Source: an uncultured Acidimicrobiia bacterium (GTDB taxonomy: Bacteria > Actinomycetota > Acidimicrobiia > Acidimicrobiales > AC-14). From it: 64,000 nt of DNA. This document shows, piece after piece, positions 1-10,004 of the stretch. The notes beneath the pieces were generated by a model. It was not told the DNA's origin and searched no databases. It worked only from the letters and a program-made list of their open reading frames with translations. Positions within the stretch are counted from its first letter, which is position 1, and every line of letters starts with the position of its first letter. The stretch is from the NCBI GenBank assembly GCA_963836205.1, contig CAWIIV010000024.1, positions 32,001 to 96,000 on the forward strand, in the 5' to 3' direction. Position numbers and translations under genes: made by a program.

Positions 1-1
1 C

Positions 2-349
2 ATGATCCAGCTGGCCAGGACCGTGCCCGGGCTGGGGGAGCCGGTGCGGCAGCTACAGGTCGGCTCCATGTTCCTCGACCAGTCCTGGCCCGAGATCGGG
101 CTCTTCATCGAGCTCGATGGCGAGCAGCACCTCGGTCAGCCGGCGTACGACGCCCGTCGGGAGACCGCCATCGTGGCCGCCACCGGCTGGCTGTGCGGGC
201 GCTTCACCTGGACGGAGGTGGTCCGGGTGCCGCTTTCCACCGCTCGCCGGCTGGGCGAGTTGGCCTACCAGGCCAAGCGCCGCCCGATCGAGCCGCGACC
301 CACGACGATTCCGGTGCACGAAACGATTCACGCGCCGATATCGCCGTGA
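2..349 (+). CDS. DUF559/Vsr-like PD-(D/E)XK endonuclease domain (C-terminal part, 5' truncated; typical of AbiEi-like antitoxin-DUF559 fusions)
   Basis: FLDQSWPEIGLFIELDGEQH...YDARRETAIVAATGWLCGRFTW matches the D-x-(W/Y)P...ELDG..H...D..R...GW..RFT pattern. Confidence 0.7.
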   Translation: MIQLARTVPGLGEPVRQLQVGSMFLDQSWPEIGLFIELDGEQHLGQPAYDARRETAIVAATGWLCGRFTWTEVVRVPLSTARRLGELAYQAKRRPIEPRPTTIPVHETIHAPISP

Positions 350-680
350 TTCGGCGCAAAATCGCCCGATTCATGACCATTTGGCCGAATCGAACGGCGA
401 ACGTCGTTTCGTGCGCCGAAATCGTCGTGGCCGAGGTCGGGCTCACGACGCTCAGGGCGCACGGAACACATCGTGCGCCGAAATTGTCGTGTTCGGGGCC
501 AGACACCACGACGCTCCGGGCGCACGGAATACTTCGTGCGCCGAAGCGTCGCGGCAGGGGCCGAGACCCCGATACTCGGCGCGTACGGAATACTTCAGGC
601 GCCGAAATCGTCGTGTTCGGGGCCAGACACCACGACGCTCTGGGCGCACGGAACACGTCGTGCGCCGAAATCGTCGTGGC
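301..680. repeat. BIME/REP-like array of alternating inverted ~21-bp palindromic units (period ~63 bp)
   Basis: TCGTGCGCCGAAATCGTCGTG-like units (~409, 471, 534, 595, 658) alternate with near reverse complements CACGACGCTCCGGGCGCACGGA (~301, 444, 507, 631). Confidence 0.85.
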
Positions 681-861
681 CGGGCGCGACGGCGTAACGC
701 TTGGGCCCAACCAACGATTGACGATCGCAGATTATGGTGATGCGGCCCAACTCGCCCCGTTCACGGCGATCTGGCGGATCGAACGGCTACCGGCGGCAAG
801 AGGCAGGCGGTCGTCGATGTACCGGCCGGGGGCGGCGGTATGGCCGCGATCCCCGCGTGGG

Positions 862-1410
862 TCAGGCGGCTCGGTAGAAGTAGTAGTCGGCGGTGTAGAA
901 GACGGCGGTCGACGCGCCGACGTGGGCCGCGTCGCAGCCGGTGGCGGGGGCGACTCCGCCGGTGGTGTTGATCCGCTGGAGGTACGTCGTGGCGCCGAGG
1001 GTCGGCCCGGGGACGGTCGGCGTGGCCTTGAGCAGGAGCCAGGGGATGGCGTTGGGGATCGGCGCGGGCACGCCGTCGACCCGGGCCCCGACCACCGTGC
1101 TCCCGTCGAGCGCCCGCCAGCTCGGCCCCGCGTAGTGCCAGACGATCAGACGTCCGGAGTCGTCCCTGAGGACGGCCGCCGGCGCCACGAGCGTCCACGC
1201 GTAGCTCTCACCGGCGGGCTGGCAGCGGTAGATCTGGGTGCCCTGGGCGTGGGCGACGAGGAACAGCACGTTGCCCTGCGGGACCGCGATGGCGGGCGGG
1301 ACGGACGGGGGCGTGAGTCCGTACGCCACCGAGCTCAGCACCGCAACCCACAGCATGGCCAGGCCGGCCATCACGCCCACTCGGCCCGGCCGACTCACCC
1401 GCTCGCCCAT
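862..1410 (-). CDS. secreted DUF3455 domain protein
   Basis: Signal peptide, AQGTQIYRC, WHYAGPSW..DGSTVVG, IPWLLLKA, YLQRINTTGGVAP, YTADYYFY. Confidence 0.8.
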   Translation of the reverse strand: MGERVSRPGRVGVMAGLAMLWVAVLSSVAYGLTPPSVPPAIAVPQGNVLFLVAHAQGTQIYRCQPAGESYAWTLVAPAAVLRDDSGRLIVWHYAGPSWRALDGSTVVGARVDGVPAPIPNAIPWLLLKATPTVPGPTLGATTYLQRINTTGGVAPATGCDAAHVGASTAVFYTADYYFYRAA

Positions 1411-1484
1411 CGCCAACCTCCTCGCCACTCGTCCGTCACGCCATCGGCCGTGATCGTAACGGCGCCGCCCGCCGTCCGCCCGCG

Positions 1485-2636
1485 TCAGGCGAACCGGACT
1501 TGTCGCGATCCGGCCACGATCTCGCCGATCACGACCGGCGACACGCCGTTGGCGGCGAGGATGGCCAGGGCGCCGGCCACGTCGGCGGGGGACACGATGG
1601 CCACCATCCCGATGCCCAGGTTGAAGACGGCGGCCATCTCCTCGGTGGAGATCGGCCCCAGCTGCCGGAGTTGGTTGAAGATCTCGGGGACGTCCCACCT
1701 GTCCCGGTCGAGCACGGCGTCGACGTGGTCGGGCAGGACGCGGGGGATGTTGCCCGGCAGGCCGCCGCCGGTGATGTGGGCCAGCGCCCGCACCGTCACC
1801 TGGCGGCACAGGTCGACCAGGGCGGGCGTGTAGATCACCGACGGGCGCAGCAGCTCGTCGGCCAGGGTGTGGCCGGCGCCGGGCCAGGCCGGGCCGTCGA
1901 GGGTGAGCCCCGCCTGGTCGAACAGCACCCGGCGGGCCAGCGAGTACCCGTTGCTGCGCAGCCCGGGTGAAGGCAACCCGATGATGCGGTCGCCCGGCTG
2001 GACGTCGTCGCCCGTGACCAGGCGCGACCGCTCGACGACCCCCACGCCGAAGCCCACCAGGTCGAACGCACCCTCCTCCAGCATCCCGGGCACCTCGGCC
2101 ATCTCGCCCCCGACGAGGGCGCATCCCGCCTGGCGGCACCCGTCGACGATGCCTCCGATCAGGATCTCGATCTCGTCCGGCTTCAACCGCCCGACGGAGA
2201 TGCAGTCGAGGAAGAACAGAGGCTCCGCGCCTTGGGCCGCGATGTCGTCGACGACCATGGCCACCAGGTCGATGCCGATGGTGTCGAGGCGGCCGGCCTG
2301 GCGGGCCACCAGCGCCTTGGTGCCGACGCCGTCGGTGGACGAGACCAGCACCGGGCTGCGGTATTTGGTCGGGTCGAAGGCGAACAGCCCTCCGAAGCCG
2401 CCGATGTCGCTGATGACCTCGGGCCGGAACGTGGATCGGACCAGGCGCTTGATGCGCTCCACGGCCGCTTCGCCGGCGGAGATGTCGACGCCCGCAGCGG
2501 CGTAGGTGGCGGAAGCGGCCGTCCCCGCCCCATCGGGCGACGGCACCCCCGGAGCGCCGCCGGGCGGATCGTCGAAGGGGCTCAGCTTGGCTGTTGGTGC
2601 TGGTGCCGGGTCCGGCGGGCGGGGCCCGTCAGCCAC
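1485..2636 (-). CDS. purM: phosphoribosylformylglycinamidine cyclo-ligase (AIR synthetase)
   Basis: TYAAAGVDI, IGGFGGLF, STDGVGTK, GGEMAE, SNGYSL, HITGGG; start may be further downstream. Confidence 0.95.
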   Translation of the reverse strand: MADGPRPPDPAPAPTAKLSPFDDPPGGAPGVPSPDGAGTAASATYAAAGVDISAGEAAVERIKRLVRSTFRPEVISDIGGFGGLFAFDPTKYRSPVLVSSTDGVGTKALVARQAGRLDTIGIDLVAMVVDDIAAQGAEPLFFLDCISVGRLKPDEIEILIGGIVDGCRQAGCALVGGEMAEVPGMLEEGAFDLVGFGVGVVERSRLVTGDDVQPGDRIIGLPSPGLRSNGYSLARRVLFDQAGLTLDGPAWPGAGHTLADELLRPSVIYTPALVDLCRQVTVRALAHITGGGLPGNIPRVLPDHVDAVLDRDRWDVPEIFNQLRQLGPISTEEMAAVFNLGIGMVAIVSPADVAGALAILAANGVSPVVIGEIVAGSRQVRFA

Positions 2637-4161
2637 GGGGACCGACGAGGTCGACGCCGGGCAGCTCCTCGCCGCGGGTCGTCGGCATCCCGGGCACCTC
2701 GACCGGGTAGACGCCGGTGAGGCAGGCGGTGCAGAAGCCCGACCGGGGCGAGCCGGTGGCCGTCATCAGGGCGTCGAGCTCGAGGTAGGCGAGGGTGTCG
2801 CAGCCCAGGTAGTCGCGGACCTCGTCGATGGTCCTGTCGGCGGCCAGCAGCTCGGAGCGCACGCCCGTGTCCATGCCGAAGTGGCACGGCCAGCGGTAGG
2901 GCGGCGACGAGATCCGCAGGTGGACCTCGGCTGCTCCCGCCTCCCGCAGCATGGCCACCAGTGCCCGCATGGTGGTGCCCCGGACGATGGAGTCCTCCAC
3001 CACCACCAGCCGCTTGCCCTCGATGTTCTCCCGGATGGGGTTGAGCTTGACCCGGACGTTGGCGCTGCGCTGGGCCTGGGCGGGGGCGATGAACGTGCGC
3101 CCCACGTAGCGGTTGCGCACCAGGCCGTGTCCGAAAGGGATGCCGCTCCGGCGGGCGTAGCCCTCGGCTGCGGGGATGCCCGACTCGGGCACCGGCATCA
3201 CCATCGCCTCCCGGGCCAGGATCTGGGTGTCGGGCGGGAGGGGGGCCTGGTCGGCCAGGTGCTCGCCCATGCGCTGGCGGGCGGTGTGCACCGTCTGGCC
3301 GTAGAGGCGGCTGTCGGGCCGGGCGAAGTAGACAAATTCGAACAGGCACAGCTTGGGGTCGATGCGCTCGGGGTCGAACGGCCACAGCGAACGGGTGCCG
3401 CTGGCGTCGATCACGACCATCTCGCCCGGGTCGAGCTCGCGGACGAACTGGGCGCCGACGATGTCGAGGGCGGGCGTCTCCGAGGCCAGCACCCACCCGG
3501 AGCCGAGCGAGCCCAGGCACAGGGGGCGGAAGCCGTTGGGGTCGCGCACGCCGATCACGTGGGAGTCGTCCATGAGGACGAGGGAGAAGGCGCCCTGGAG
3601 CTTGGGCAGCACCTCCTGGAGGGCCCGCTCGAGGTCGCGGCCGTCGCTGCGCCCGGGCCCGGCGGTGCACATGGCGACGTTGATGAGCTCGGCCACCAGG
3701 TCGCTGTCGTTGCCGACGGTGCCTGGGAGGACGCCGGCCTCGGCCGCCAGCTTGTCGGTGCCGACCAGGTTGCCGTTGTGGCCGAGGGCGATGCCGGCGT
3801 CGCCGACGTTGCGGTAGCAGGGCTGGGCGTTGCCCCACGTGCTCGACCCGGTGGTGGAGTAGCGGACGTGGCCGATGGCCAGGTGTCCCTGGAGGGGAGC
3901 CAGCTTGCGCTCGTCGAAGGCGTGGGCGACCAGGCCCATGTCCTTGACCACGGTGATGGTGTCGCCGTCGCTGACCGCCATGCCGGCCGACTCCTGGCCC
4001 CGGTGCTGGAGGGCGTAGAGGCCGAGGTACGTCAGCTGGGCGACGACGTGCCCGGGGGCGTAGATCCCGAAGACCCCGCACGCCTCCTTGGGATGCTCGA
4101 CCTCGACCTCGCCGGTCACGACGTCACAGCCGACGGCACCCGACAACCCGTCTTGCTGCAC
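2629..4161 (-). CDS. purF: amidophosphoribosyltransferase
   Basis: KEACGVFG, QHRGQESAG, GHVRYST, VEDSIVRGTT, CTACLTG; exact start uncertain. Confidence 0.97.
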   Translation of the reverse strand: MQQDGLSGAVGCDVVTGEVEVEHPKEACGVFGIYAPGHVVAQLTYLGLYALQHRGQESAGMAVSDGDTITVVKDMGLVAHAFDERKLAPLQGHLAIGHVRYSTTGSSTWGNAQPCYRNVGDAGIALGHNGNLVGTDKLAAEAGVLPGTVGNDSDLVAELINVAMCTAGPGRSDGRDLERALQEVLPKLQGAFSLVLMDDSHVIGVRDPNGFRPLCLGSLGSGWVLASETPALDIVGAQFVRELDPGEMVVIDASGTRSLWPFDPERIDPKLCLFEFVYFARPDSRLYGQTVHTARQRMGEHLADQAPLPPDTQILAREAMVMPVPESGIPAAEGYARRSGIPFGHGLVRNRYVGRTFIAPAQAQRSANVRVKLNPIRENIEGKRLVVVEDSIVRGTTMRALVAMLREAGAAEVHLRISSPPYRWPCHFGMDTGVRSELLAADRTIDEVRDYLGCDTLAYLELDALMTATGSPRSGFCTACLTGVYPVEVPGMPTTRGEELPGVDLVGPRG

Positions 4162-4187
4162 GCTCCATCTTCGCGCGGCGATCAGCC

Positions 4188-5356
4188 CTACTTTCCGAGG
4201 AGGTCGGTGACGGCACCGAGGGTGTCGTCGACCACGTCGGTGACGACGGGCACGGCCGCGTCGACCACCTCGGCGACCGGTTCGATCACCGGGGCGGCGA
4301 CGGAGTCGAGCGGGGCGGCGACGGCACCGGGGTCGGCGGTGACGGCGGCGGGCCCGGCGGCAGGCCCGGTGGTGGCGACGGGGGCTTGCGCGGGGCCGAC
4401 TGCGACCCTCCCGGCCGGTCCGCCAGCGGCGACCGTGCTGCCGGCCGGGGCCGCGGCGCCGGCGCCGATGCCGGTGCCGACGCCGGCCGGGCCGGGAGCG
4501 GCGGAGGGACCGGTCGGGGCGCCCGCCGGGACGGGCGTGGGGGCGGCGACGACCACGGCCGGTGGCCGGGCGGACGGGACGTGGGCCGGCTCCGGGGCCG
4601 TCGCGGGGCCGGCGCCGGAGATGGCCACGGCCACGCTCATGACCGCCCCGGCGACGCCACTGGCCACGGGGGCGACCAGGTCGCGGCCCGCTTCGGCGGC
4701 CGCCGACACCCCCCCGAGGAGGCGGGTGGAGCCGATGGACAGGACGGCCAGGATCGCGGCCGCGGCGCGGGCGCTGGTGGCGGTGGCGGTGGACCCGCCC
4801 TCACCCGCCACCCGTTGGTAGGCGAGGGCGAGCTTGCGCCGGCCCCGCAGGATGAGGGAGTCGACCGCGCCGACCGAGAGTCCGAGGTCGTCGGCGATCT
4901 CGCTCGGCCCCGTCCCCTGGGCCCGGGCGGTGACCGCCTGGCGCTGGCGGGGGGGAGGCTGTCGAGGGCCCGGCGGACCTGCATGGTGCGCTCACGGTCG
5001 AAGAGCGAGTCGTGGGGCTCGGTGCCGTCGGCGTGGTCCTCCGACATCGGCCGCTCCGTCGGCACCACCCGGGATCGGGCCCGGAGGGCGTCGACGCACA
5101 TGTGGCGGGCGATGATCTGCACCCATCCGCCGAACTGGCGCTCGCCCCGGCACTGCTCGATGCGCTCGAGGGCCCGCACGAAGGCGCCCTGGGCGATCTC
5201 CTCCGCCTCCAGGGAGCAGGCCAGGCGCCGGGCGCAGGCCCGCTGGACGGCGGGGTAGTGGCGGCGGAACAGCTCGCTGTAGGCCTGGAGGTCGCCCGCC
5301 TGGACAGCCCGCACGAGGGAGCTGTCGCTTTCCATCTCTCCTGCCGGAATGGCCAC
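4188..5356 (-). CDS. ECF sigma factor with hydrophobic segment and Ala/Pro-rich C-terminal extension (apparent frameshift at ~4950)
   Basis: Sigma2 (AYSELFRRH, AEEIAQGAF) in ORF 4637..5356; sigma4 (RQRQAV..EIADDLGLSVGAVDSLILRGRRKL) continues in the frame of 4188..4811 after a C-homopolymer. Confidence 0.75.
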
Positions 5357-5425
5357 AGAAGCTCCCCTGAGCAGAGACGCCGTCAGCCGGGAGGGCTACC
5401 CGGCCACCTGCCCACCGGTCGAACC

Positions 5426-7687
5426 TTAGCCCACCAGTCCCGCCAGCCGGCCCGGCAGGACGGCCCGCCAGGAAGCGTTCACCTGGTCGAGCGGGAGATC
5501 GACCAGGCCCTCGACCACCAACCGATCGCCGCCCGCCCGGCCCAGGCGGCCGACGGAGAGCCGGGCCTCGGCCGTGCGCTCGACGAGGGCGGCGACGTCG
5601 CCGTCGGCCACGCACAGGACGACCCGGGAGGGGGCTTCGGAGAACAACGCGCCGTGGGTCCCGACCCCGGTCACCTGGAAGCCGACGCCCGAGGCGATCG
5701 CCATCTCGGCCAGGGTCACCCCCAACCCGCCGTCGGAGACATCGTGGACACCCGCCACCAGACCTGCGCCCACCAGCTCCCGGACGAGCGTGCACAGGCG
5801 GGCGTGGGCCTCGAGGTCGAGGTCGGGCAGCCGTCCCCCGAGATGGCCCCGGATGGCGGCCCACCGCGAACCGCCCAGGCCGGTGGCGGCGGACGGGTGA
5901 CCTGCGCTCAGGAGGAAGACGTCGTGGCCGTCGACCAGCCCCACACCCGGCGGGCGGCGGTCGAGGACGTCGATCAGCCCCACCGTGCCCACCACCGGCG
6001 TGGGGTGGATGTCGCGGCCGCCCGACTCGTTGTAGAGGCTGACGTTGCCCCCGACGACCGGGAGCGAGAGGGCCAGGCACGCCTCGGCCATCCCGTCGAT
6101 GGCCTCCGACAGCTGCCACATGACCTCGGGGTGCTCGGGGTTGCCGAAGTTGAGGTTGTCGACCAGGGCCAGGGGTCGGGCTCCCACGCAGGCCAGGTTG
6201 AGGGCGGCCTCGGCCACCACCAGGGCCGTCCCCCGGCGGGGGTCGAGGTCGCACCAGCGGCTGTTGCTGTCGGCGCTGACCGCGATCCCCTTGCCGGTGA
6301 CCGGGAGCCCGGGGGCCTTGAGCCGCAGGACGGTGGCATCGCCGCCCGGCCCCTCGACCGTGTTGAGGAACAGCTGGTGGTCGTACTGCGACCACACGGC
6401 CGACGTGTCGGCCAGCATGGCCAGCAGGTCGGGGCCGCAGTCGTTGCCCGCGGGCGCCGGCAGGCGGGACGGGTCGTCGGCCTGGCGGGCGGCCCGGTCG
6501 GCCGGCTCCCGCAGGGGGCGGTGGTACTTGGGGGCGCCCTGTTCGAGGGAGTGGGCGGGCACGTCGGCCAGGACCTCGGCGTCCGGGCCCGGCCCGTCGA
6601 GGATGCGCAGCTTGCCGGTGTCGGTGACGGTGCCGATCACCGTGGCCCGCACCTCCCACCGCCGGCACAGGCGCAGGACGGCGTCGAGGTCGCCGGGGGC
6701 GACGATGGCAAGCATCCGCTCCTGGGACTCGCTGGTCATGATCTCGGCCGGCACCATCCCGGTCATGCGCAGGGGGATGGTGCGCAGGTCGACGTCCATC
6801 CCCATGCCCCCCCGGGCCGCGATCTCGCTGGTGGCGCACGTGATCCCGGCCCCGCCCAGGTCCTGGATGCCGGCCACCAGCCCGGCCTCGTACAGGGCCA
6901 GGCACGCCTCGATCAGCCGTTTCTCCTCGAAGGGGTCGCCGACCTGGACGCTGGGCCGCTTGGCCTCCTCACCCTCCCCGTCACCGCTGGCATCGAAGCC
7001 GGCGGAGGCGAGCACGCTGACCCCGCCGATGCCGTCGCGCCCGGTGGTGGACCCGATGAGCACGGCGTGGTTGCCGACTCCGGTGGCCCGGGCCAGGACG
7101 AGGTGCTCGTGGCGCAGCACGCCGACGGCCATGACGTTGACCAGGGGGTTGTCGGCGAAGCAGTCGGCGAAGGCCAGCTCGCCGCCGACGGTGGGCACGC
7201 CGACCGAGTTGCCATAGCCGGAGATCCCGCTGACCACGCCCTCGGCGACCCACCGGCTGTGGGCGTTCTCCAGGGGGCCGAAGTGGAGGGAGTCGAGCAG
7301 GGCGATGGGCCGGGCGCCCATGGTGAAGATGTCGCGCAGGATGCCGCCCACACCCGTGGCCGCCCCCTGGTAGGGCTCGATGGCGGACGGATGGTTGTGG
7401 CTCTCGATGCGCACCGCCACCGCCACCCCGTCGCCGCAGTCGACGACGCCGGCGTTCTCGCCGGGGCCGACCATCACCCACGGGGCCTCCGACGGCAGCC
7501 GGCCGAGGTGGGCGCGGGACGACTTGTAGGAACAATGCTCCGACCACATCACCGCGTACATGGCCAGCTCGAGCTCATTGGGAGCGCGGCCGAGAATCTC
7601 CTCGATACGGTTCGCTTCGTCGTCGGTGAGGCCCAGGGCGCGGTGCAATGGGGCGGTCGGCGGGGCGGCGGAGGGGTCCTGAGCCAT
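5426..7687 (-). CDS. purL: FGAM synthase subunit PurL
   Basis: MWSEHCSYKSS, ESHNHPS, QDLGGAG, SESQERM, GGNVSLYN. Confidence 0.97.
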   Translation of the reverse strand: MAQDPSAAPPTAPLHRALGLTDDEANRIEEILGRAPNELELAMYAVMWSEHCSYKSSRAHLGRLPSEAPWVMVGPGENAGVVDCGDGVAVAVRIESHNHPSAIEPYQGAATGVGGILRDIFTMGARPIALLDSLHFGPLENAHSRWVAEGVVSGISGYGNSVGVPTVGGELAFADCFADNPLVNVMAVGVLRHEHLVLARATGVGNHAVLIGSTTGRDGIGGVSVLASAGFDASGDGEGEEAKRPSVQVGDPFEEKRLIEACLALYEAGLVAGIQDLGGAGITCATSEIAARGGMGMDVDLRTIPLRMTGMVPAEIMTSESQERMLAIVAPGDLDAVLRLCRRWEVRATVIGTVTDTGKLRILDGPGPDAEVLADVPAHSLEQGAPKYHRPLREPADRAARQADDPSRLPAPAGNDCGPDLLAMLADTSAVWSQYDHQLFLNTVEGPGGDATVLRLKAPGLPVTGKGIAVSADSNSRWCDLDPRRGTALVVAEAALNLACVGARPLALVDNLNFGNPEHPEVMWQLSEAIDGMAEACLALSLPVVGGNVSLYNESGGRDIHPTPVVGTVGLIDVLDRRPPGVGLVDGHDVFLLSAGHPSAATGLGGSRWAAIRGHLGGRLPDLDLEAHARLCTLVRELVGAGLVAGVHDVSDGGLGVTLAEMAIASGVGFQVTGVGTHGALFSEAPSRVVLCVADGDVAALVERTAEARLSVGRLGRAGGDRLVVEGLVDLPLDQVNASWRAVLPGRLAGLVG

Positions 7688-7738
7688 GGTCGTACGCTAT
7701 CGACTGGCCGGAACAGCGAAATAGCTTGCCAACAGAAG

Positions 7739-7767
7739 TTGAAATCCGGTTGCGAACGCGCCACAAT
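7739..7767 (+). promoter_or_regulatory. sigma70-type promoter, probably leaderless
   Basis: TTGAAA-N17-CACAAT, ATG 7 nt downstream at 7775. Confidence 0.6.
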
Positions 7768-7774
7768 GGGACAA

Positions 7775-8197
7775 ATGGCTACCGAAGCGAAACGATCCAG
7801 AGCTCCGATGTCCGACAGCCACAAGGCGGCGTTGGCCGAGGGACGTGAGCAAGGTAGAGCGGTGCGGCGTTATCTCGAAGCGCTGGAGGCTCATCGGCCG
7901 AAGCGTGGGCGCAAGCGCACGCAGGAGTCGGTGGAGCGGCGGCTCGCAGCCATCGACGAGAAGCTCAACGACGCTGATCCCCTCACCCGGCTCCACCTCT
8001 CCCAGGAGCGAATGAACCTCCAGGCCGAGCTGTCCTCCACCGACAATGCCGTCGATCTCGGGGCGTTGGAAGAGGAGTTTGTGGTGGCCGCGTCCGAGTA
8101 CGGGAAGCGCAAGGGCATCACGTACGCGGCCTGGCGGCAGGCGGGGGTCGACCCCGGTGTCCTGCGGCGGGCCGGCATCAAGCGGGGCGCCGAGTAG
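7775..8197 (+). CDS. basic helical hypothetical protein (possible DNA-binding protein)
   Basis: Clean 140-aa ORF MATEAKRSRAPMSDSHKAALAEGREQGRAVRRYLEAL...PKRGRKRT...GITYAAWRQAGV with its own promoter. Confidence 0.8.
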   Translation: MATEAKRSRAPMSDSHKAALAEGREQGRAVRRYLEALEAHRPKRGRKRTQESVERRLAAIDEKLNDADPLTRLHLSQERMNLQAELSSTDNAVDLGALEEEFVVAASEYGKRKGITYAAWRQAGVDPGVLRRAGIKRGAE

Positions 8198-8876
8198 CCA
8201 CGGGGGACGCAGCCAGCCGTTCCCCGTACCCCAGAACACTGTCGAGGAGCGGCCGTCCGTCGGCGGACCCGAGCAGGATGTCGCACGCCCTTTCTGGGTG
8301 CGGCATCAAGCCGCATACATTCCGTCCCTCGGAACAGATGCCCGCGATGTCGTCGACCGACCCGTTGGGGTTGTCGAGATAGCGCAGGATGACCCGGTCG
8401 TCGGCCTGCAATTGGGCCAGCACGTCGGGGGGACAGGTGTAATTGCCCTCAAAGTGGTTGATCGGCAGGCGGAGGACGGCGCCCACTGTGGCGCGCCCGG
8501 TAAGGGCTGATTCGGTGCTCTCGACCCGGACCCCCACGGTTGTGCACAAGAACTTCAGTCCCCGGTTCTTCTGGAGGGCACCTGGAAGCAGTCCTGCTTC
8601 CGTGAGCACTTGGAAGCCGTTGCAGATGCCCACCACCGGGCCTCCGGCGTTGGCGAATTCCACCACCGCCTCCATGATCGGACTGAAGCGGGCGATCGCT
8701 CCCGGTCGGAGGTAGTCGCCGTGGGCGAACCCCCCCGGCAACACCACCGCATCCACGTCGCCGAGCGTGTGATCGCCGTGCCACACCAGCTCGGCCCCAC
8801 CCCCCAGGAGGGTGACGGCCTCGACCACGTCGTGCTCGCAGTTCGAGCCCGGGAACACGACGACCCCAACCTTCAT
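8178..8876 (-). CDS. purQ: FGAM synthase glutaminase subunit PurQ
   Basis: VFPGSNC, LPGGFAHGDYLR, GICNGFQ, MPHPER. Confidence 0.97.
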   Translation of the reverse strand: MKVGVVVFPGSNCEHDVVEAVTLLGGGAELVWHGDHTLGDVDAVVLPGGFAHGDYLRPGAIARFSPIMEAVVEFANAGGPVVGICNGFQVLTEAGLLPGALQKNRGLKFLCTTVGVRVESTESALTGRATVGAVLRLPINHFEGNYTCPPDVLAQLQADDRVILRYLDNPNGSVDDIAGICSEGRNVCGLMPHPERACDILLGSADGRPLLDSVLGYGERLAASPVATRRPA

Positions 8877-8886
8877 GGCCCGACCC

Positions 8887-9147
8887 TCATCCGGCTCCCG
8901 ATCCGATGGTGATGGCGGCGTCCTCGATGACGGGGTTGGTGAGGAAGCGCCGGCACAGGTCCTCCACCCGGGCCCGGGCCGCGGGCTCGTCGGACGCCTC
9001 CACCGTGAGCCGTATGGCCTTTCCCACCCGCACGCCGGCCACCTCGCCGAATCCGAGGGCGGGCAGGGCTCGTTCGATGGTGGCGCCCTGAGGGTCGGCC
9101 ACATCGGGTCGGAGGGTCACTTCGATGAGCACGGGAAACGAGGTCAT
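8887..9147 (-). CDS. purS: FGAM synthase subunit PurS
   Basis: DPQGATIERAL, VRVGK, LTNPVIE; lies between purC and purQ. Confidence 0.93.
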   Translation of the reverse strand: MTSFPVLIEVTLRPDVADPQGATIERALPALGFGEVAGVRVGKAIRLTVEASDEPAARARVEDLCRRFLTNPVIEDAAITIGSGAG

Positions 9148-9152
9148 TGCCG

Positions 9153-10004
9153 TCACCTTTGCACGCCGGGCCAGTCGGCCAGCGACCTCCCGGAGAGACG
9201 CTCGTAGGCGGCCACGTAACGGGCGGACGTGGTGGCGACCACCTCCGGGGGGAGCGTCGGCGGCGGCGGGTTCTTGTCCCAACCGGTGGCCTCCAGCCAG
9301 TCGCGCACCGGCTGTTTGTCGAACGACGGGGGGATGGTGCCGGGCTTCCAGTCGGCCGCCTCCCAGAACCGGGACGAGTCGGGTGTGAGGACCTCGTCGC
9401 AGATCGAAAGCTTCCCGTCGATCCAGCCCAGCTCGAACTTGGTGTCGGCGATCACGATCCCGGTGGCCGCGGCGTCGTCGGCGGCCCGGGAGTAGGCGGC
9501 CAGGCTGATGGCGGCGGCCTCGTCCGCCGTCCGCTTGCCGACGATCACGACCGCCTGCTCCACCGAGATGTTCTCGTCGTGGAGACCGACGTCGGCCTTG
9601 GTCGACGGGGTGAAGACGGGCTCGGGCAGGCGGTCGCTCTGTTGCAGGCCGGAGAGCATGGGCTGGCCGTGGACGGTGCCGAAGCGCTGGTACTCCTTCC
9701 ACGCCGAGCCGGACAGGTAGCCCCGGACGATGCACTCGATGGGGAGCATCTTGGCCCGTTTCACGAGCATGGCCCGACCCGCGTGCTCGCCCTCGTCCTC
9801 GATGCGCACGAGGTGGCTGGGAGCGATGTCGGCCAGCCGGTCGAGCCAGAAGGCGGTGAGGGCGGTGAGTACCCGTCCCTTGTCGGGGATGGGCTCGTCG
9901 AGGACCACGTCGAAGGCGGAGATGCGGTCGGACGTGACCATGAGCAGGAGGTCGTCGCCCGCGTCGTAGACGTCGCGGACCTTGCCCGAGTGGACGAGGT
10001 TCAT
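9153..10004 (-). CDS. purC: SAICAR synthase
   Basis: SGKVRDVY, SDRISAFD, DTKFELG, DEVLTPDSSRFW, FDKQ. Confidence 0.97.
   Translation of the reverse strand: MNLVHSGKVRDVYDAGDDLLLMVTSDRISAFDVVLDEPIPDKGRVLTALTAFWLDRLADIAPSHLVRIEDEGEHAGRAMLVKRAKMLPIECIVRGYLSGSAWKEYQRFGTVHGQPMLSGLQQSDRLPEPVFTPSTKADVGLHDENISVEQAVVIVGKRTADEAAAISLAAYSRAADDAAATGIVIADTKFELGWIDGKLSICDEVLTPDSSRFWEAADWKPGTIPPSFDKQPVRDWLEATGWDKNPPPPTLPPEVVATTSARYVAAYERLSGRSLADWPGVQR

Noticed and set aside
301-680. CRISPR array
   Set aside because: Units alternate in orientation, linkers are short and partly repeated, and no cas genes are present
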